DNA of 62,446 nt, counting the filler, from Hausera hauseri (Eukaryota): assembly GCA_046269625.1 (NCBI GenBank). It is 12 parts of 12 records of this genome, joined end to end, with 100 filler letters (N's around TTAATTAATTAA, not from the genome) between each part and the next. Parts side by side here need not be neighbours in the genome. Positions count along the whole stretch, not along the records: positions 1 to 4,132 come from JBJURY010741653.1; positions 4,233 to 8,613 come from JBJURY010609221.1; positions 8,714 to 13,310 come from JBJURY010511573.1; 9 more parts are not named here. One strand, given 5' to 3'. Of this stretch, positions 1 to 12,519 are shown one piece after another (the stretch's first letter is position 1; the number at the start of each line of letters is the position of its first letter). A program made the position numbers and the translations under genes. Below the pieces are notes generated by a model. That model saw only the letters and a list, made by a program, of their open reading frames with translations, was not told where the DNA came from and ran no database searches.

Positions 1-486
1 CGATGGAAATTACTAAAACTATGACGAGCCCATTATTCATCAATTCGTTATGGAACTTGTCAATCGGCTCGACTACGTCACGTGGTCTCCTCACAACTGA
101 CGAAAGCTAATAAAAATTCCCATCTTTGCTATCAGAAATCGAATACAAATTCGATCGAATAAATACAGACATGAACGCAGATAATTTCCTGATCAATTTC
201 TTTAATATTCTTATAATATTCATTTAGCTTTTCTGCAGATGGCAACACGCGCCGCAAAATCGAAACAATTAAACAGCGACAGCAACAGACGTGACAATGG
301 CAACGACAACCGAAATAAGGTTTACGGAAATGTTGTTTCAAAACAGACGAAACAACTTCAACCAAATACCACGTGGCATCGAGGACGTCTCCGCCAACGT
401 TTCACACGGTGTCGAGTTCAACTCCACCTACACACGACGTCGAAATCACTCCGTCAACCTATATTTATTAAAATAAACCTTTTAAT

Positions 487-1742
487 ATGAAGTTGTTGTT
501 TCCTCGCGTTTTCACCAGTTGTTTTATCGGCCACATTTTAGTAATTGTGTTGTGTGCCCAAACAAAGCTTCTGCACAATACAGACTTCTAAAATGGTGGC
601 AGCGCATACCGCACACACATCCCTTTTTGAGAGAATCACGGATATTCATCAGGTTTCCACATTAAACACGACCGTTGATAGCAATCCGCTTCTACTGGGA
701 CCACTCTCACGTAACGCAAGCATATTGCGGCATGGAATAATCCCATTTCGGATTATTGCCTCACACAATGCGACATTGCTCGCAACATCTAAAATGAAAG
801 GAGGTGTGGACAAAATTACGCCCGACAAAAAAGCCGAAACTGCTTCAGCAGCACCGGCCAAACCGCCCAAACTAGCGTGTCCAACCTTCTTTATAGGTTC
901 GGACGGAACGCCGTTGAAGTGGTTCCATGTGTTCAAATCATGAGCTACTCAATACAGCATTACTGGCCAGTTAAACAATGCCTTAACCTGAATCCAATTT
1001 TATTGACCAAACCGCACAATGCGCTGATACGCATATTAAACACATCATTCCACAACCACGTGGAAACGCCCGACGATGACAAAGCATCCCGCAACAATCC
1101 CCAAAAGGGAAATTGTACCCGTAATGAACCATTCGGTTCACGTAAACATGACATCCTTTCGTCAAAACGAGAGTTACGAATCTTCCAGGCCTTTATTTTC
1201 AAATAAATTGCAGTATTAAATCATCAAGACTGACCAATAATCAGTCATCCTATCAACATTCGCAAGACGTGTAGGACTCGCACCTACTGGGATCCAAATG
1301 GATCGCACCAGCTTGGACGTCTTTTATTACAACGCTAACGTGATAGCCAATTACGCCTATTACAATCCATTTAGGTCGTTCAAACGTTGCTGTTGTTCTT
1401 TTAAAAGCATCAACGGGACGGCCTTGTGGTTTACAATACACGTTTGAAGACACAACGGATTGAACATAACAGAAAATCGAGAGTTCAAAATACCATCTAC
1501 TATGACGCATTAAAAACTCGCCGAGCAATGTACCAATTCTCGGTTTCGACTCAACAAGTTTACCAAGTTGGTCCACAACCGTGATCCCATTACGGAACTT
1601 GCATTTTACCACAACACAGTTGTGTCTCATTTCTAACGAGCAGGCGAAACATTCCATCCCGATCTGAACACATGCGGAATTTCGTTTCTCAGATCGCCAA
1701 AACCAACCAGTCCGCCCAAACGTTTTAACAACGTGGAGTTCC
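487..1742 (+). other. Degenerate, Cys-containing, intronless coding-like region; possibly a viral or env-like glycoprotein relic
   Basis: Higher GC than neighbouring DNA; hydrophobic start (MKLLF...) and several frameshifted Cys-rich pieces; no family recognised. Confidence 0.2.
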
Positions 1743-1756
1743 TGTGGTGTTCCGCG
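1743..1756 (-). mobile_element. Candidate LTR terminus (minus strand CGCGGAACACCACA) of the cargo-LTR family
   Basis: Ends in CACCACA like the family terminus and sits where GC-richer DNA changes to AT-rich host-like DNA. Confidence 0.5.
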
Positions 1757-2259
1757 GTAGACCTCTATTTTTTAAATATCTATTTTAAAATTATTTATGC
1801 TATATAGTGATAAAATTGATAAGTATATTTCCAAACCATGTTTCTGCTAAAGTAAAAAAAAACTGCCGATAAATTTAACTCAAATCCATCTCGAACGCAG
1901 TCAAAATGAAAGTCAGTCTTATCAAAGCCGACGGACAATTTGGAACAAAAAATCAAATCTCGACCTGTTTATTTCACTTATGCAGCATGTCGCAAATTTT
2001 ACAACACAAAATGATTTCACTGTGATTTTATGGTGTTTTTTCATGGAGACTTTTCATATCCCAGCCGAAAAAGCAAAACCAAGTTACATTTTCTGATAAT
2101 AATACTCAAATAATTGAAGTTCCACGGGATACTTATGGTGTCCAATCACGAAAAAATTTCGAGCTAAACAAACGAAGTATGATACGAAAATTGCGAAATT
2201 TGCAAAATATCGTGTAATTCTCAGGTAATATTTGAGACACCTAGCTGGTAAAAGGCATA

Positions 2260-2690
2260 AAAATATTTGGATAAACTGGAGAAAAACGGTTATTCCTGTA
2301 AAAATTGTGTAGTTGAATTGAAAGATTACGAAGATTGGGAAAACCATTTCAAATCTGACGAACACAAACATAACAAGCAGAATATTCTGTCTCTCAACGT
2401 CAGTCAATCGTTACCCATTATTGACGTAACCAAACACGTTTTCTCATGTGACATTTGTCAAATCGACTGAGAGCAACATCATTTTACAATCTCATTTAAC
2501 CGGATTTCCGCACAAAAGGAAAGTGAGTATTGGCAATTGGTAAATTGAAAAATGCAAAAGACCCCAGCCTTTATTGTGAAATCTGCTCTATTTATCTCGA
2601 ACCCGATCTAATGATAATGCACAAGCAAAGTATTCGCTATCGAAAACAGTGCGATAAAGAAAATCAACCGATTGAAAAAGAGAATGTAAG
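2260..2690 (+). pseudogene. Matrin/U1-type C2H2 zinc-finger protein fragment
   Basis: Three CxxC-x12-H-x5-H-like units (CKNC...HFKSDEH; CDIC...HLTGFPH; CEIC...HKQSIRY) broken by a stop and frameshift. Confidence 0.65.
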
Positions 2691-2719
2691 TGGAACGCAT
2701 GTCCGTACTGACAACAATT

Positions 2720-3815
2720 TTGTTTTGGGGTCAATTGACATCGGTGTCATCAATCGCTGTCTCCAGTCCATCATAGGAGAATCGCGATTTGTCATTGAGT
2801 CATTCCTCATTGATGTCCTGAACAAACAACGGGCAATCCGTAAACTCATGACCAATTACTTCATTTAATCGGGGAATGATACGCATAACCTCATTGGTGC
2901 GCATCGATACGACAATACTCGACCCGACAGCATCCATAACGTCAACACTGTTCACCGTTCTCGTTTCCCATGTACGGGCCATGAATGCACATTGGTTTTG
3001 AGGTCAATACACCAACGGGACAGAGATCAATGACGTTACTGGACAAGTCACTGCGAAACAGTTTTTCCACATATGTTCCCACCTGAATGATGGTCGCTGA
3101 TGAATGAATAATTTTAACGAGATTTCACCTGCATGTCAGACCCACGACCGGTTGTGCCGAGAACATTCACACCGGCCACTTCACTGGTAAACCTTATACA
3201 ACGAGTGCAGTGAATACAACGCGTCATAATTTTCTTGATCAATGGTCCGATGTTTTTGTCCTCAACTGTGCTGTAAACAACGGTCAATAAAATGGTCAAA
3301 TAATGACTAATGCTCACCGTTTAACAAGGTACTGATTGCCAGTAAATTGTGATCGGTCACGGCCGAATACCATTGATTGATCCTTTACGCAAATATGTCT
3401 AAGAATCAAAGAATTGCAAACTTACCCGAAAATCACATTCACCTCCGTGATCACAAATCGGACAATCCAACGGATGATTCACGAGTAAAAACTCCATAAC
3501 TCCCTCTCTTGCCTTATTCGTCAAATCGGAATTCGTCTTAATTCGCATTCCCTTCATAACGGGCATGGAGCAACTCGCGACAGGATTTATACTTTTCTCA
3601 ACCGCGATAAAACACATCCGACAGTTACCGGCGATAGATAGTCGTTCGTGGTAACAGAATCTACGGTACAACTACATTAGTGAACGTAATAATCGTAATT
3701 ACCGTGGAATTTCCACACCGGCCAAGGCACATGCCTTCAGAATAGTCATTCCTGGATCATATAACGCCGAATGGTCATCAATAAACACCTCAACTTTGTT
3801 TGAAGCAACGACTTG
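2720..3815 (-). pseudogene. NDUFS1: NADH:ubiquinone oxidoreductase 75-kDa subunit, N-terminal Fe-S part, with five introns
   Basis: [40 protein letters not shown] and IDLCPVG motifs. GT-AG introns at 3661-3702, 3383-3425, 3271-3317, 3083-3128, 2818-2859. TGA at 2800-2802 plus frameshifts; 3' truncated. Confidence 0.95.
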
Positions 3816-3867
3816 GCCTTCTTTACGAAACACATTTGACAAGATTCCTCAACCGTAATAAATCTCC

Positions 3868-4132
3868 ATAGTTGAAAAAGTTTATCGGGCTGTTGAGTTT
3901 GACCAAGGCTATGTCTTTAAGGATTACATTGATATAAACACTGCAAACAGGGCTGCAGCGAAATATCCTTTTGAATAAGACTTCTTAAGCTCAAGAACAA
4001 TAGCTTATATGGTAAGACTGTCGAAAACCTCTTAGAAAGGTCCAACTTGAGACTATGTAATAACGCTAAAAAGCTTGTTACATATGCTAGTAAGGCCCAG
4101 TTTAGAGAGAGTATTATAATAACCGATGATCC
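3868..4132 (+). mobile_element. Protein-primed DNA polymerase B (Polinton/adintovirus-type) fragment
   Basis: VYRAVEFDQ...YIDINT...FE*DF/KLKNNSLYGKTVEN (motif B), with a stop and frameshift. Confidence 0.85.
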
Positions 4133-4232
4133 NNNNNNNNNNNNNNNNNNNNNNNNNNNNNNNNNNNNNNNNNNNNTTAATTAATTAANNNNNNNNNNNN
4201 NNNNNNNNNNNNNNNNNNNNNNNNNNNNNNNN
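4133..4232. other. Artificial contig spacer (44 N + TTAATTAATTAA + 44 N). Same spacer at 8614-8713, 13311-13410, 19699-19798, 27900-27999, 32837-32936, 37414-37513, 42205-42304, 47306-47405, 51454-51553, 57559-57658
   Basis: Identical 100-nt blocks; the linker has stops in all six frames. Sequences on either side of a spacer are not genomic neighbours. Confidence 0.98.
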
Positions 4233-5100
4233 ATAGATGGAGGATGGATAAAGCCGAATGATAAAAGTATTGGCCAATATTCTCCAATAATTCACAATCG
4301 TTTCTGATGGATTATAATTTTTCAATGTGCGAAAGAATAGCAGCAAGACCAACCTGATTATCCGTGCCAGCATATCGCATGGCCATTACAAAACTTGACC
4401 TCCTTAGCAGCAGAAGGTAACTATCATTGGCCGTCAGAATATACTTTTCAGCAAAATCCGTCGGTCGGACCTGCCCTTCAGACAGTTTGGGAAAGTTGTC
4501 TTTAAACGTGTATTCCAATCTTTCTTCAAGTTCCTAGAGAGAAAGACGAAAGCGTATGTAACATAAAACTCTTTTAATTAGTAGGGCAAAGTGTACAATA
4601 TCGTTATGAAAAGCTGTCTTAAAGAACCTCTCGGAATTGATTTTAACGGTAAATGTATAGCGTTGGATTATAGCGTTCATTTCAAAATTTTCAAGCAATT
4701 TAGCAAGAATTTTGTGTTCCAAAATATCATCCTTGTTAACAACGGGTCGATGCAAAATCAGGTATTGAAGTTTGAGACGCAGTATATCCGAAATGTCGAA
4801 CAGTTACTTTTTTTCACTATCAATGAGCCATGTAAGAATGACGTCTGTCGATAACGGTTTAACGCCTTTCTTTGACGGTGGTCTCTCAAATTTCGGCAAT
4901 GAGTATATAAGTCGACAACTGAATGTGTTGTTTAAGTTAGGTGGCCACCGTTTCTTATCCTGTAAATCAGGAAGTTCTGTACACGGATTATCGGTAATCG
5001 AATCAAGACTACGAACGAAAATCCTCTTCGGAAAATCCTCTTGAACCAATGTTATATAATATGCAATATCGTATCTGACAATCTGGCATGGTAGCATTTT
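4233..5100 (-). pseudogene. Unidentified host-like protein fragment (~290 codons in one frame, three in-frame stops)
   Basis: ORFs 4804-5097, 4534-4755 and 4312-4518 share one frame and are separated by single TAA/TAG codons. Confidence 0.5.
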
Positions 5101-5297
5101 AATGAGAGGTTGATGGATAAATATAAGGAATCCTCTAAATGTAAACGATTTATCTTTTGTTTGTTTAGTGTTGCTGTTTGTGACAGGAAATATGTCAATG
5201 GATAGGTTATCAGCTGATAATGATGTAATTTTACACAGTTATTAGAATTCAACTGAAAAATTGAAAACGGTGTTTCGGCCGGAAAATGATCATGTAA

Positions 5298-5770
5298 TTA
5301 ACCGATTTGGTACTTGGACTCACAAGAATATGCAGGTCCATCGTTATACGTTACCTGACAAGCGGAACGATGGATCTTTGACGCACACGGAGTACATGTC
5401 ATATAATTATTCTGCCAAATACCCTGTGGACCGGGATCACGACGGCCACAAAACTGGCAAATCACACTATTTTGACATTTCCAACTTCCTTTTGGTACTT
5501 CGTTTAGGGGTGGATCCAAACAAAATGTATAATAACTAATGTCAGAATCGTCACGCAACAGCAGGAGATTTTTCTCGGCAGGTTGACCACATCCTTCACA
5601 GACTGTACAATCTAAACAACGTCAGGCTTTTTTAATGTTATCTTTGGACAGTTTGTTGATTGCAGCACAGTATGAATGGTAACATTGACCACACTGAACA
5701 CCACAAAACAACAGTGCATCGACACCGTACGACTTGCTCGAAACACACATGTCTTTATCCAATGCAAGAA
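5298..5770 (-). pseudogene. KMT2C/KMT2D (MLL3/4, Lpt-like) tandem PHD-finger fragment
   Basis: QCGQCYHSYC...A*RCLDCTVCEGCG...DISYYTFCLDPPLNEVPKGSWKC...WQNNYMTCTPCAS; stop codon and lost Cys/His ligands. Confidence 0.9.
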
Positions 5771-5965
5771 TCGCCGGCGCGACAAATAACAACGGTTGTA
5801 GGATGTTCGTCTTTTTTGCATTTTTACATTTTACCTTAGACTCCGGTAGCGACGGTCGTCAATCCATTGCATAAATTTCTACGTTGAAAAATTACAATCA
5901 ATGATGCAGAAACTACGAGTTCTGCATGTCGGACACTGATAATTTTCGTTAATTGTGCTGGCTGC

Positions 5966-7000
5966 TTATGTCATATATTTATTTGGTCCAGTAGTTTGGA
6001 AAAAATTGAATGGCAAAAATGGAAATCCAGCCCTAGTCATTTCCAACTGATAAATCATACCATTGTAACTTCTCACGGCACAGCCATTATCAATTATTAC
6101 GATTCCAGGAGTAGTAAAATTTCTATCAATGGAAACCGAACATGTTTGGAGAATGAAAATGGTATTTGGTTTTGACAGACTCCATTCAACACCAACAAAT
6201 GCCGTTTGATCTGAATTAAGTGCAAATGGATTATTCATTTTACTTTGGGAATTGCTATCAGTGTAGAAATCCATTGTCGAATTTGTTGGACTTAAATTAT
6301 AACTAGGACAAGGCGGAAGAGAACCAAGTCGATCGTTTTGTGTATTGTTGAAAGGGGCAACCGTTTTACAGCTTACTTGGATTGTTTTTGACGGTACAAG
6401 ACTCAAGCCATCCTTTACGTAGAAGCGATTTAAAAACAGCTATATAGTATACATGTACCCATATTCTGCATAATTGGGGTGCTACAAATAAAATCAAGCA
6501 CAGTATAAAGAGGGTACGTTGAATTACTTTATATAATTTCTGTTGAACTATATTCTGGACTAATTGATACAAGACTTGAATTAATATATGGAACTGTATA
6601 AAGATGCCAATAAATACCCATCGATATATTTGTGCAAATAGCGGTCGGCGCAGTTTCTTCAATTTTTTGCTCCGCTGCATTTTATCCAAACCAGATAATT
6701 CGTACATCGATTGACCGGACTAATTATTTGGCAGTTTGCACCATTTCAAGAGAGTTTCACCGATGTATTGCTTTTAGGATAACCGTTTGGTACAATTAAC
6801 TGTGGATTCTTTACATTTCTGTACGTCAGTCCACAATAATGTGCTGCGATCGATTTCGTTAACGAAGAATTATAGTTACAAACATGGATAAAATATCTGT
6901 TATATATATCACCCAAATCATTTCCAATAACAACGCAACTCACTGAATATTCTTTAATAACTGATATTTCTAGTAATCCCAGTTTTGTGTGGAATTTTAA
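5966..7000 (-). pseudogene. SRCR-like plus zona pellucida (ZP) domain protein fragment
   Basis: ZP-C pattern (AFVGVEW...FILQTCSV...IIDNGC...FPFLPFNF). Upstream ZP-N-like and Cys-rich SRCR-like pieces are broken by stops and frameshifts. Confidence 0.6.
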
Positions 7001-7279
7001 ATCCAATATTTGGACATACTCAAGCTTAATTTGCTTCGTTAAGTAGATCATCATCCAAATGTGTAAACAATGTAAATTAACATTATTTTTAATATTTGAT
7101 TGAATATTAGTTAAAATGTTACGTAAGAAACAACTGCGGGGTGCCCCAAGGACAATAACCGAACTCACCAGTATGATTCTGTATCCGGAAGTCCAGCGAA
7201 TCGATGCCTTTAATACCAAAGAATCTGCTCTGAAATACTTCTGACACCAATAGTTGTTTGTGAGAAGTACATGTGTATA

Positions 7280-7550
7280 GGTCGCTGGTCCTTCGAAGTA
7301 AATAAAGAAATTTAAATGCTCAAAAATTTTAACCAAGTTTTGGTGGTGCAATGAAACTTCACTTTCACTGATCTTCTGGGTTTTTTTTTATTGTATTTAG
7401 ACTCACTCGTTTACTATCGCGTTCCGCTGCTACTCTTACCACCAATAGCTTGTACATCTTGTATTCATTTCTTACAGTCAGCAGTGTGTCATCAGCAAAC
7501 CTAATGTTGTTTATATCGTGTCCCCCTAATAATATTTCTGGTGTGTCTCA
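7280..7550 (-). mobile_element. RTE-clade LINE reverse transcriptase fragment
   Basis: ILLGGHDINNIRFADDTLL...LNTIKK matches the RTE RT core (INNLRYADDT). Confidence 0.8.
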
Positions 7551-8713
7551 TTACCATTTCGTTATGTATGAAGCTTATGTAAAAATCATCGGGTCTCTGT
7601 GGTCACGAGTCGACCACGCGGCGAGCTAGATACGAGGTTCAAATGCCGGTGGAAGCTTTGGGATTTTCTTTCTTCTGGATCTTCTAGTAAAAACTTCCTT
7701 AGAGTTTATTTTGTATTATTTATTTTTAGTAGCCGATTACCATTCGTTAATGCGACACTGTTTATCGTGAGTTAAAATAGCAATGCTTATCACGCGTTCA
7801 ATTAATACAGCTTATCATTATTTCAGGCATGCGCAAACATGGGCACTGAAAATACGACCTACTCTGTTTCTACTCGTTCGTTGTTGCTTTGTGTTGCCTA
7901 CACTAGTTGTCTTGTTCTGTGATCCCGTGTTAGAGAGAGAGTTGGGCATTTCGTACAAGAGACACATTTACAGTTATAGAGTGTTTCAAGCGAACGACAG
8001 AAGAAGAATGTGCATATTACAAAATGGAAATGGTGAATTACAGCTGAAGGGTGTTAGGAGATTAAAAATTATGTTCCTTTTAAGTTACGGTAAATTATCC
8101 CCCCACCCAAATCACGTTCCGAAACAACATTTTAAAGCAATATTTCTTGTTTCTTCTTCAAGTGGCGCCCACCCCCTCCCAGCGAGGAGAGAAAACTCTC
8201 TGTATAAAGTCTGTATATAGAACTATATTATTTTTCAGCTGAATTTTCGCTGATAAGTGTCTTAATTTCAACCTGCTTGTTCATGGTGCCACGAAAGAGT
8301 TGTCTCGCTGTTTATCCATAGAATCCTCTGACAGTGGATCTGTCGTGCTCTGAAATTTGTGGAGTCAATTTCGGAAACTGTGTATTTCTATAAATAGTGT
8401 CCATGAAATGTAATTAATAAAATGTCTTTTTCTTCTTCTTCTCCAGTCGTCCAATACGATAGGGAAAGTTAGTAGGAGCCGTCCTAGGACATTTCTCCCT
8501 GCTTGAGTGCAGGAAAAACCGGCATAACCCTGGCTGTTCCTAACGGTAAGCAAGGAGTCCACGAGGTCTACCTCAAGGTAGGAATGTCTTTACTAGAATG
8601 TCTTGAAAATGCTNNNNNNNNNNNNNNNNNNNNNNNNNNNNNNNNNNNNNNNNNNNNTTAATTAATTAANNNNNNNNNNNNNNNNNNNNNNNNNNNNNNN
8701 NNNNNNNNNNNNN

Positions 8714-9361
8714 AACGGTCAAATAATCAACTCGACGAAGGAGAACACGGTTTTCATGTACAACATGACTTGGAAATAAATGGTATTAGACAGACTCCGC
8801 GTTTCGTCCCATATCTCAACTCTAACAATATAATTTTATTTTAAAAGTACACAATAAGAATAATAACCTTTGACGATATAATCGTCAGTCAGCAACAAAT
8901 AATGAAATTAATACAATCGAGATTTTCTCCAATACTGTTCGTACGTGCAATCAATACTCGTTTTCCTCTAAATTCTAATGGAATTTTCTTCGACTTTCCT
9001 GTTGTTACTTCTCTCTCAACTAAATCGACGTTTATATAGCTGTTGATAGCCGGAGTGGTGTGCTAGGAATTTTTCGTAATTAATTTCCATCCATTTCTCT
9101 GCTAATTTTATCCAGTAATCTCAGCCTTCAGCCTACAATTATTGATTTACAAAATAATTTCGGTATATCCAGCGAACAGTTGTTGGCGTATTTTGATGAT
9201 TAAGAAAAAGAAAACTGATTAACTAATTCTGAATGGTAACGATTTTTCTTTTCAAATTTCAGTGCTAAACATTTAGTTCCAGTTTCACTTTCGATTTCGC
9301 TTTTCGGTTTCGTTTTGATTTACATATGTACAATTTACGGTTTACAGCCCTTTCTACAACA
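8714..9361 (-). mobile_element. 3' LTR of an LTR retroelement, preceded by a polypurine tract at 9362-9372
   Basis: Minus strand GGGAGGAGAAA followed directly by TGTTGTAG; TATATAAA near 9031-9038 and AATAAA near 8836-8841 in LTR order. Confidence 0.65.
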
Positions 9362-12300
9362 TTTCTCCTCCCTGAGCGGCACTCTCGGATATGCCTATTG
9401 CGTCAGAAGAGTTGCTGCGTAAACGATTCATTCTCCCACGTATGTCCGCTTCCGAATCTGACTCATCTCGCGGGGGTCGCAAGTCAAAGCGGTATGCTGT
9501 AGTAGGCTTTTGAGTGAATATTTCCACTATCTTCTTACTCTCTCCATTAGAGAAATAACGCAACCTCGTAGCTTCAGCCCTATATACTAGGCAGGTCATC
9601 TTCCCATTTTCAGGGTCCACGTTTCTAAGCAATAATGACAGTAATTATGGGTGCAGTTCTTATTATCTAACACCACAAATCCTTTGTATAGGTTTGCGTC
9701 ACAAACGAGGCATTCTTCTTTTCACCCCATCTATATCTATAAGATTTTCGTCAATTTCAATTCGTTCGAACACGAGTCCCTTCTTGTCTTGGTATAAATA
9801 TCCGCATAGCCGTTTCTATTTAGGGTCTATTGAGCTCTTTTGGGGTCATCCGATAAGATAACCAATGTCCATACAACGATTTCTTGTTAGTCCAAATCTG
9901 GTGTCCCCATCTTCTTGTATTGCCTCTTTAACTGCACTCTGACTTGGGTGTCTACCGGAATAGTTAGTCGTTGGGTTTCGTTTCTTGATTGAAATATCGG
10001 GGCTAAATATCTGCCAATTGTTGCGTCTTTTCAGGAATATCCATTTCCACTCACAATTCTCCCAGGAACAGTAGAGACGTAAAATGTCGCTTCTTTAATT
10101 TTGCCATTGCTATAATATTCGGCCATGACGAGTATTCAGGTGTATTCTTCAACCTGACCGAATTCGCTTACTATGATAGGGGTTGCTTCTTTCCAGTTTC
10201 TTCGAAGGACATTTACTTCTGTTTTGGGTGGCTTATAGCTGAAGGTCTTTGTTCTTTGTTCGTTGGATTTTTCGGATCCCTGTTCTTTTGGTTTATCCTT
10301 TGGATTTATCACTTCTTCTTTAATAATTGGTATAAAACTTCTAGTAGACGGTTTCATTTCTTCGACTTGACCCTTACTGGTCTTATTTTTCTTTCTACTG
10401 ATATATTCGAAGAATGAGGGTTTCGACTTTTTCCCTCTCTGAGGCTCTCCGATGTTCGATTTTCATTTTCCCGTTGTCTTTTTGGAGGAGGGTCGGCCTT
10501 CGGTTAGACTGCAATTGGTGGATGGTGTGGTGTTCACATTCACCCAATCGATGATTTGTACAAAAAACATTTCTTGTTTTAATAAAGAAACTACTGAAAA
10601 ATTTCGCTCAAGATTTGAAATTGCGGCAGCTTAATTCAAAAAAGACTGTTGATTGGTGACTTAACAATTTTGCATTATTCTACTGTCGCAATTTTATCAG
10701 TTTTTTAAGTCGATTCAGTTCCTATTTCATTCGCCGTTCTGCACTCTAATTGATAGTTTTTATTTCGAGTTCCAGATTTGTTCCAGATAAAAGTGATCAC
10801 TAATTGATAGTCTTCGTCTGGCCGCTATTCAATTACTGTAATTGACTTGGTGTTATTTTCTAATTGATTTCAATTTGAACGTTATTTCTGTAAATGTCGT
10901 CATGAATAATTTCAAAATTAACTGTTTGTCAAGTTTATATTTTCTTTAATTACTAATTCCTTCTAGACGAAGTACAACACGCGGATTTCAATTTACTTTC
11001 TATTGATGCTGGATGTATTATTGTAATCGTTTTATTTTCTGACGAATTCTGGCTATCCATGGATACCGTACAATAAATGGACAAATAGTAATTGAAAACT
11101 TCGGAAATAACAGATGGGGTTTTCTGGTTATTTCCATTTGATCCTTTCTGTTCGAACAAGTTGACTGAGCTGTTTTGAACGGTTATTTGGAGATTATTAT
11201 GTCCTTGGATTTCAGTCTGTCTATACGAGGGGTATTCGCTAAATCCTTTTCGAAATTTCTGTATCAAGATTTTTGGGTTACTGTCGGACATTACATTCTG
11301 TGTAGAGTTTCTCGGCTTCCACTTTTGTTCCCAGCGTAGCGAGATATAAATATCTGTTACAAATCTGATTTTCTGACTCGCTGATATCAATTTGGGAAAT
11401 CTAAATGGTTCACAATTCATAGCTTTTAACATCATCTTAAACCGTGATTCACGAGACGCTGAAGGAAGTAGACACCCCCTTTTCTCATCAGGGTACGTTT
11501 TGTTTGAACTACGACTATCGGATTGCGACTCACTTCACGAATTTCGGCTATATATTTCTATCGGATTCCTAATCTTTCTAGCATTTCGTGTACTTTAAAT
11601 CCGGTTATAACATATCCGTACAAGCAATGGCTTATGTCTTCTTGAATCTCTAGAAAATCTTTCCACTTTTCGAGTTGTAGTTTTGTGATTCCGATAACGT
11701 CGGGAAATGTATCTTTCACCTTCATCCTAGGTGCAATTATTTTGTTTATAATTTCTTCTCCATTTATACTTCGGATAGAGACTTCGATTGGGATGAACCA
11801 TCCATCATCCTTTTCTCCATAGTTTACGGCTAAAATTCGAGTATTCCTGCCATCTGGAACTAGCCTGAAAGCTTCTCCATTCTGTTCTATCTCGTCTTCT
11901 ATGGGGCTTCTGTATACATAATATTGATGGTAGCGGTCTCATCACTTCTCATCACAAGCTTAGTCGGTAGTTCAGCAATTCTAAACTCTAAAGCGTAGTC
12001 TATGAGACTAGCGCAATATAACTCATATGTACTAAATTTTCCTTGTTGACCTCTTTTGGTACTCTAGGGCTGCCCTACGATCCTGTACTGTATTTCTCCA
12101 TCAGCGATATGTATGTACATTTGCTGGTGTGTCAGTTCGTATGGGATCATATCTCTCAACAGATATGCTCGTGCATCTTTTGGACTTCGCATTGCGTATA
12201 ATCGAACTATCCGATTTTCTTCTAAGCCCCATTTCAGTCCATTTGGTATTTTGCTTTCTTGATCGATTTCTAAACAAGTTTGGTTTTTCAATCTTTCTCC

Positions 12301-12414
12301 TATTTGACGATATAAGCTTTTAGATGGAGACTTAAGGACTGTTACATTCTGCTATAGGAAGTCATCAATGTCGTATCTGAGACTTTGTGCTGGATTCTTC
12401 GCCTCTTCGGCCAT
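9354..12414 (-). pseudogene. Long degenerate accessory ORF with a C-terminal C3HC4 RING finger, interrupted by the 10526-11112 insertion
   Basis: ATG at 12414; intronless frame with stops and frameshifts; ECLVC-x15-CTHNYCHYCLETW...TCLVYR at about 9575-9712. Confidence 0.6.
10526..11112 (-). mobile_element. 587-bp TG...CA insertion (solo LTR-like cargo unit) with 5-bp TSD GATGG
   Basis: GATGG at 10521-10525 and 11113-11117; minus strand starts TGTTATT and ends TGTGAACACCACA; removal rejoins the host ORF (QKTPS/TNCS). Confidence 0.85.
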
Positions 12415-12519
12415 ACTTACTCTGCTAAGATAAAAATAAAGGTCAATCCTAAGACAGATCATCGTTTTGAAACAAAACATTTTCTCTGTCTGATGATAGG
12501 ATAACCCGATATGTAGTTT

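Noticed and set aside
455-490. Ambisense densovirus junction (adjacent TTTATT and AATAAA)
   Set aside because: No NS1 helicase, PLA2 or VP motifs in the flanking frames.
7591-7650. tRNA or tRNA-derived SINE head (GGTTCAAATGCC B-box-like)
   Set aside because: No cloverleaf and no second copy in the window.
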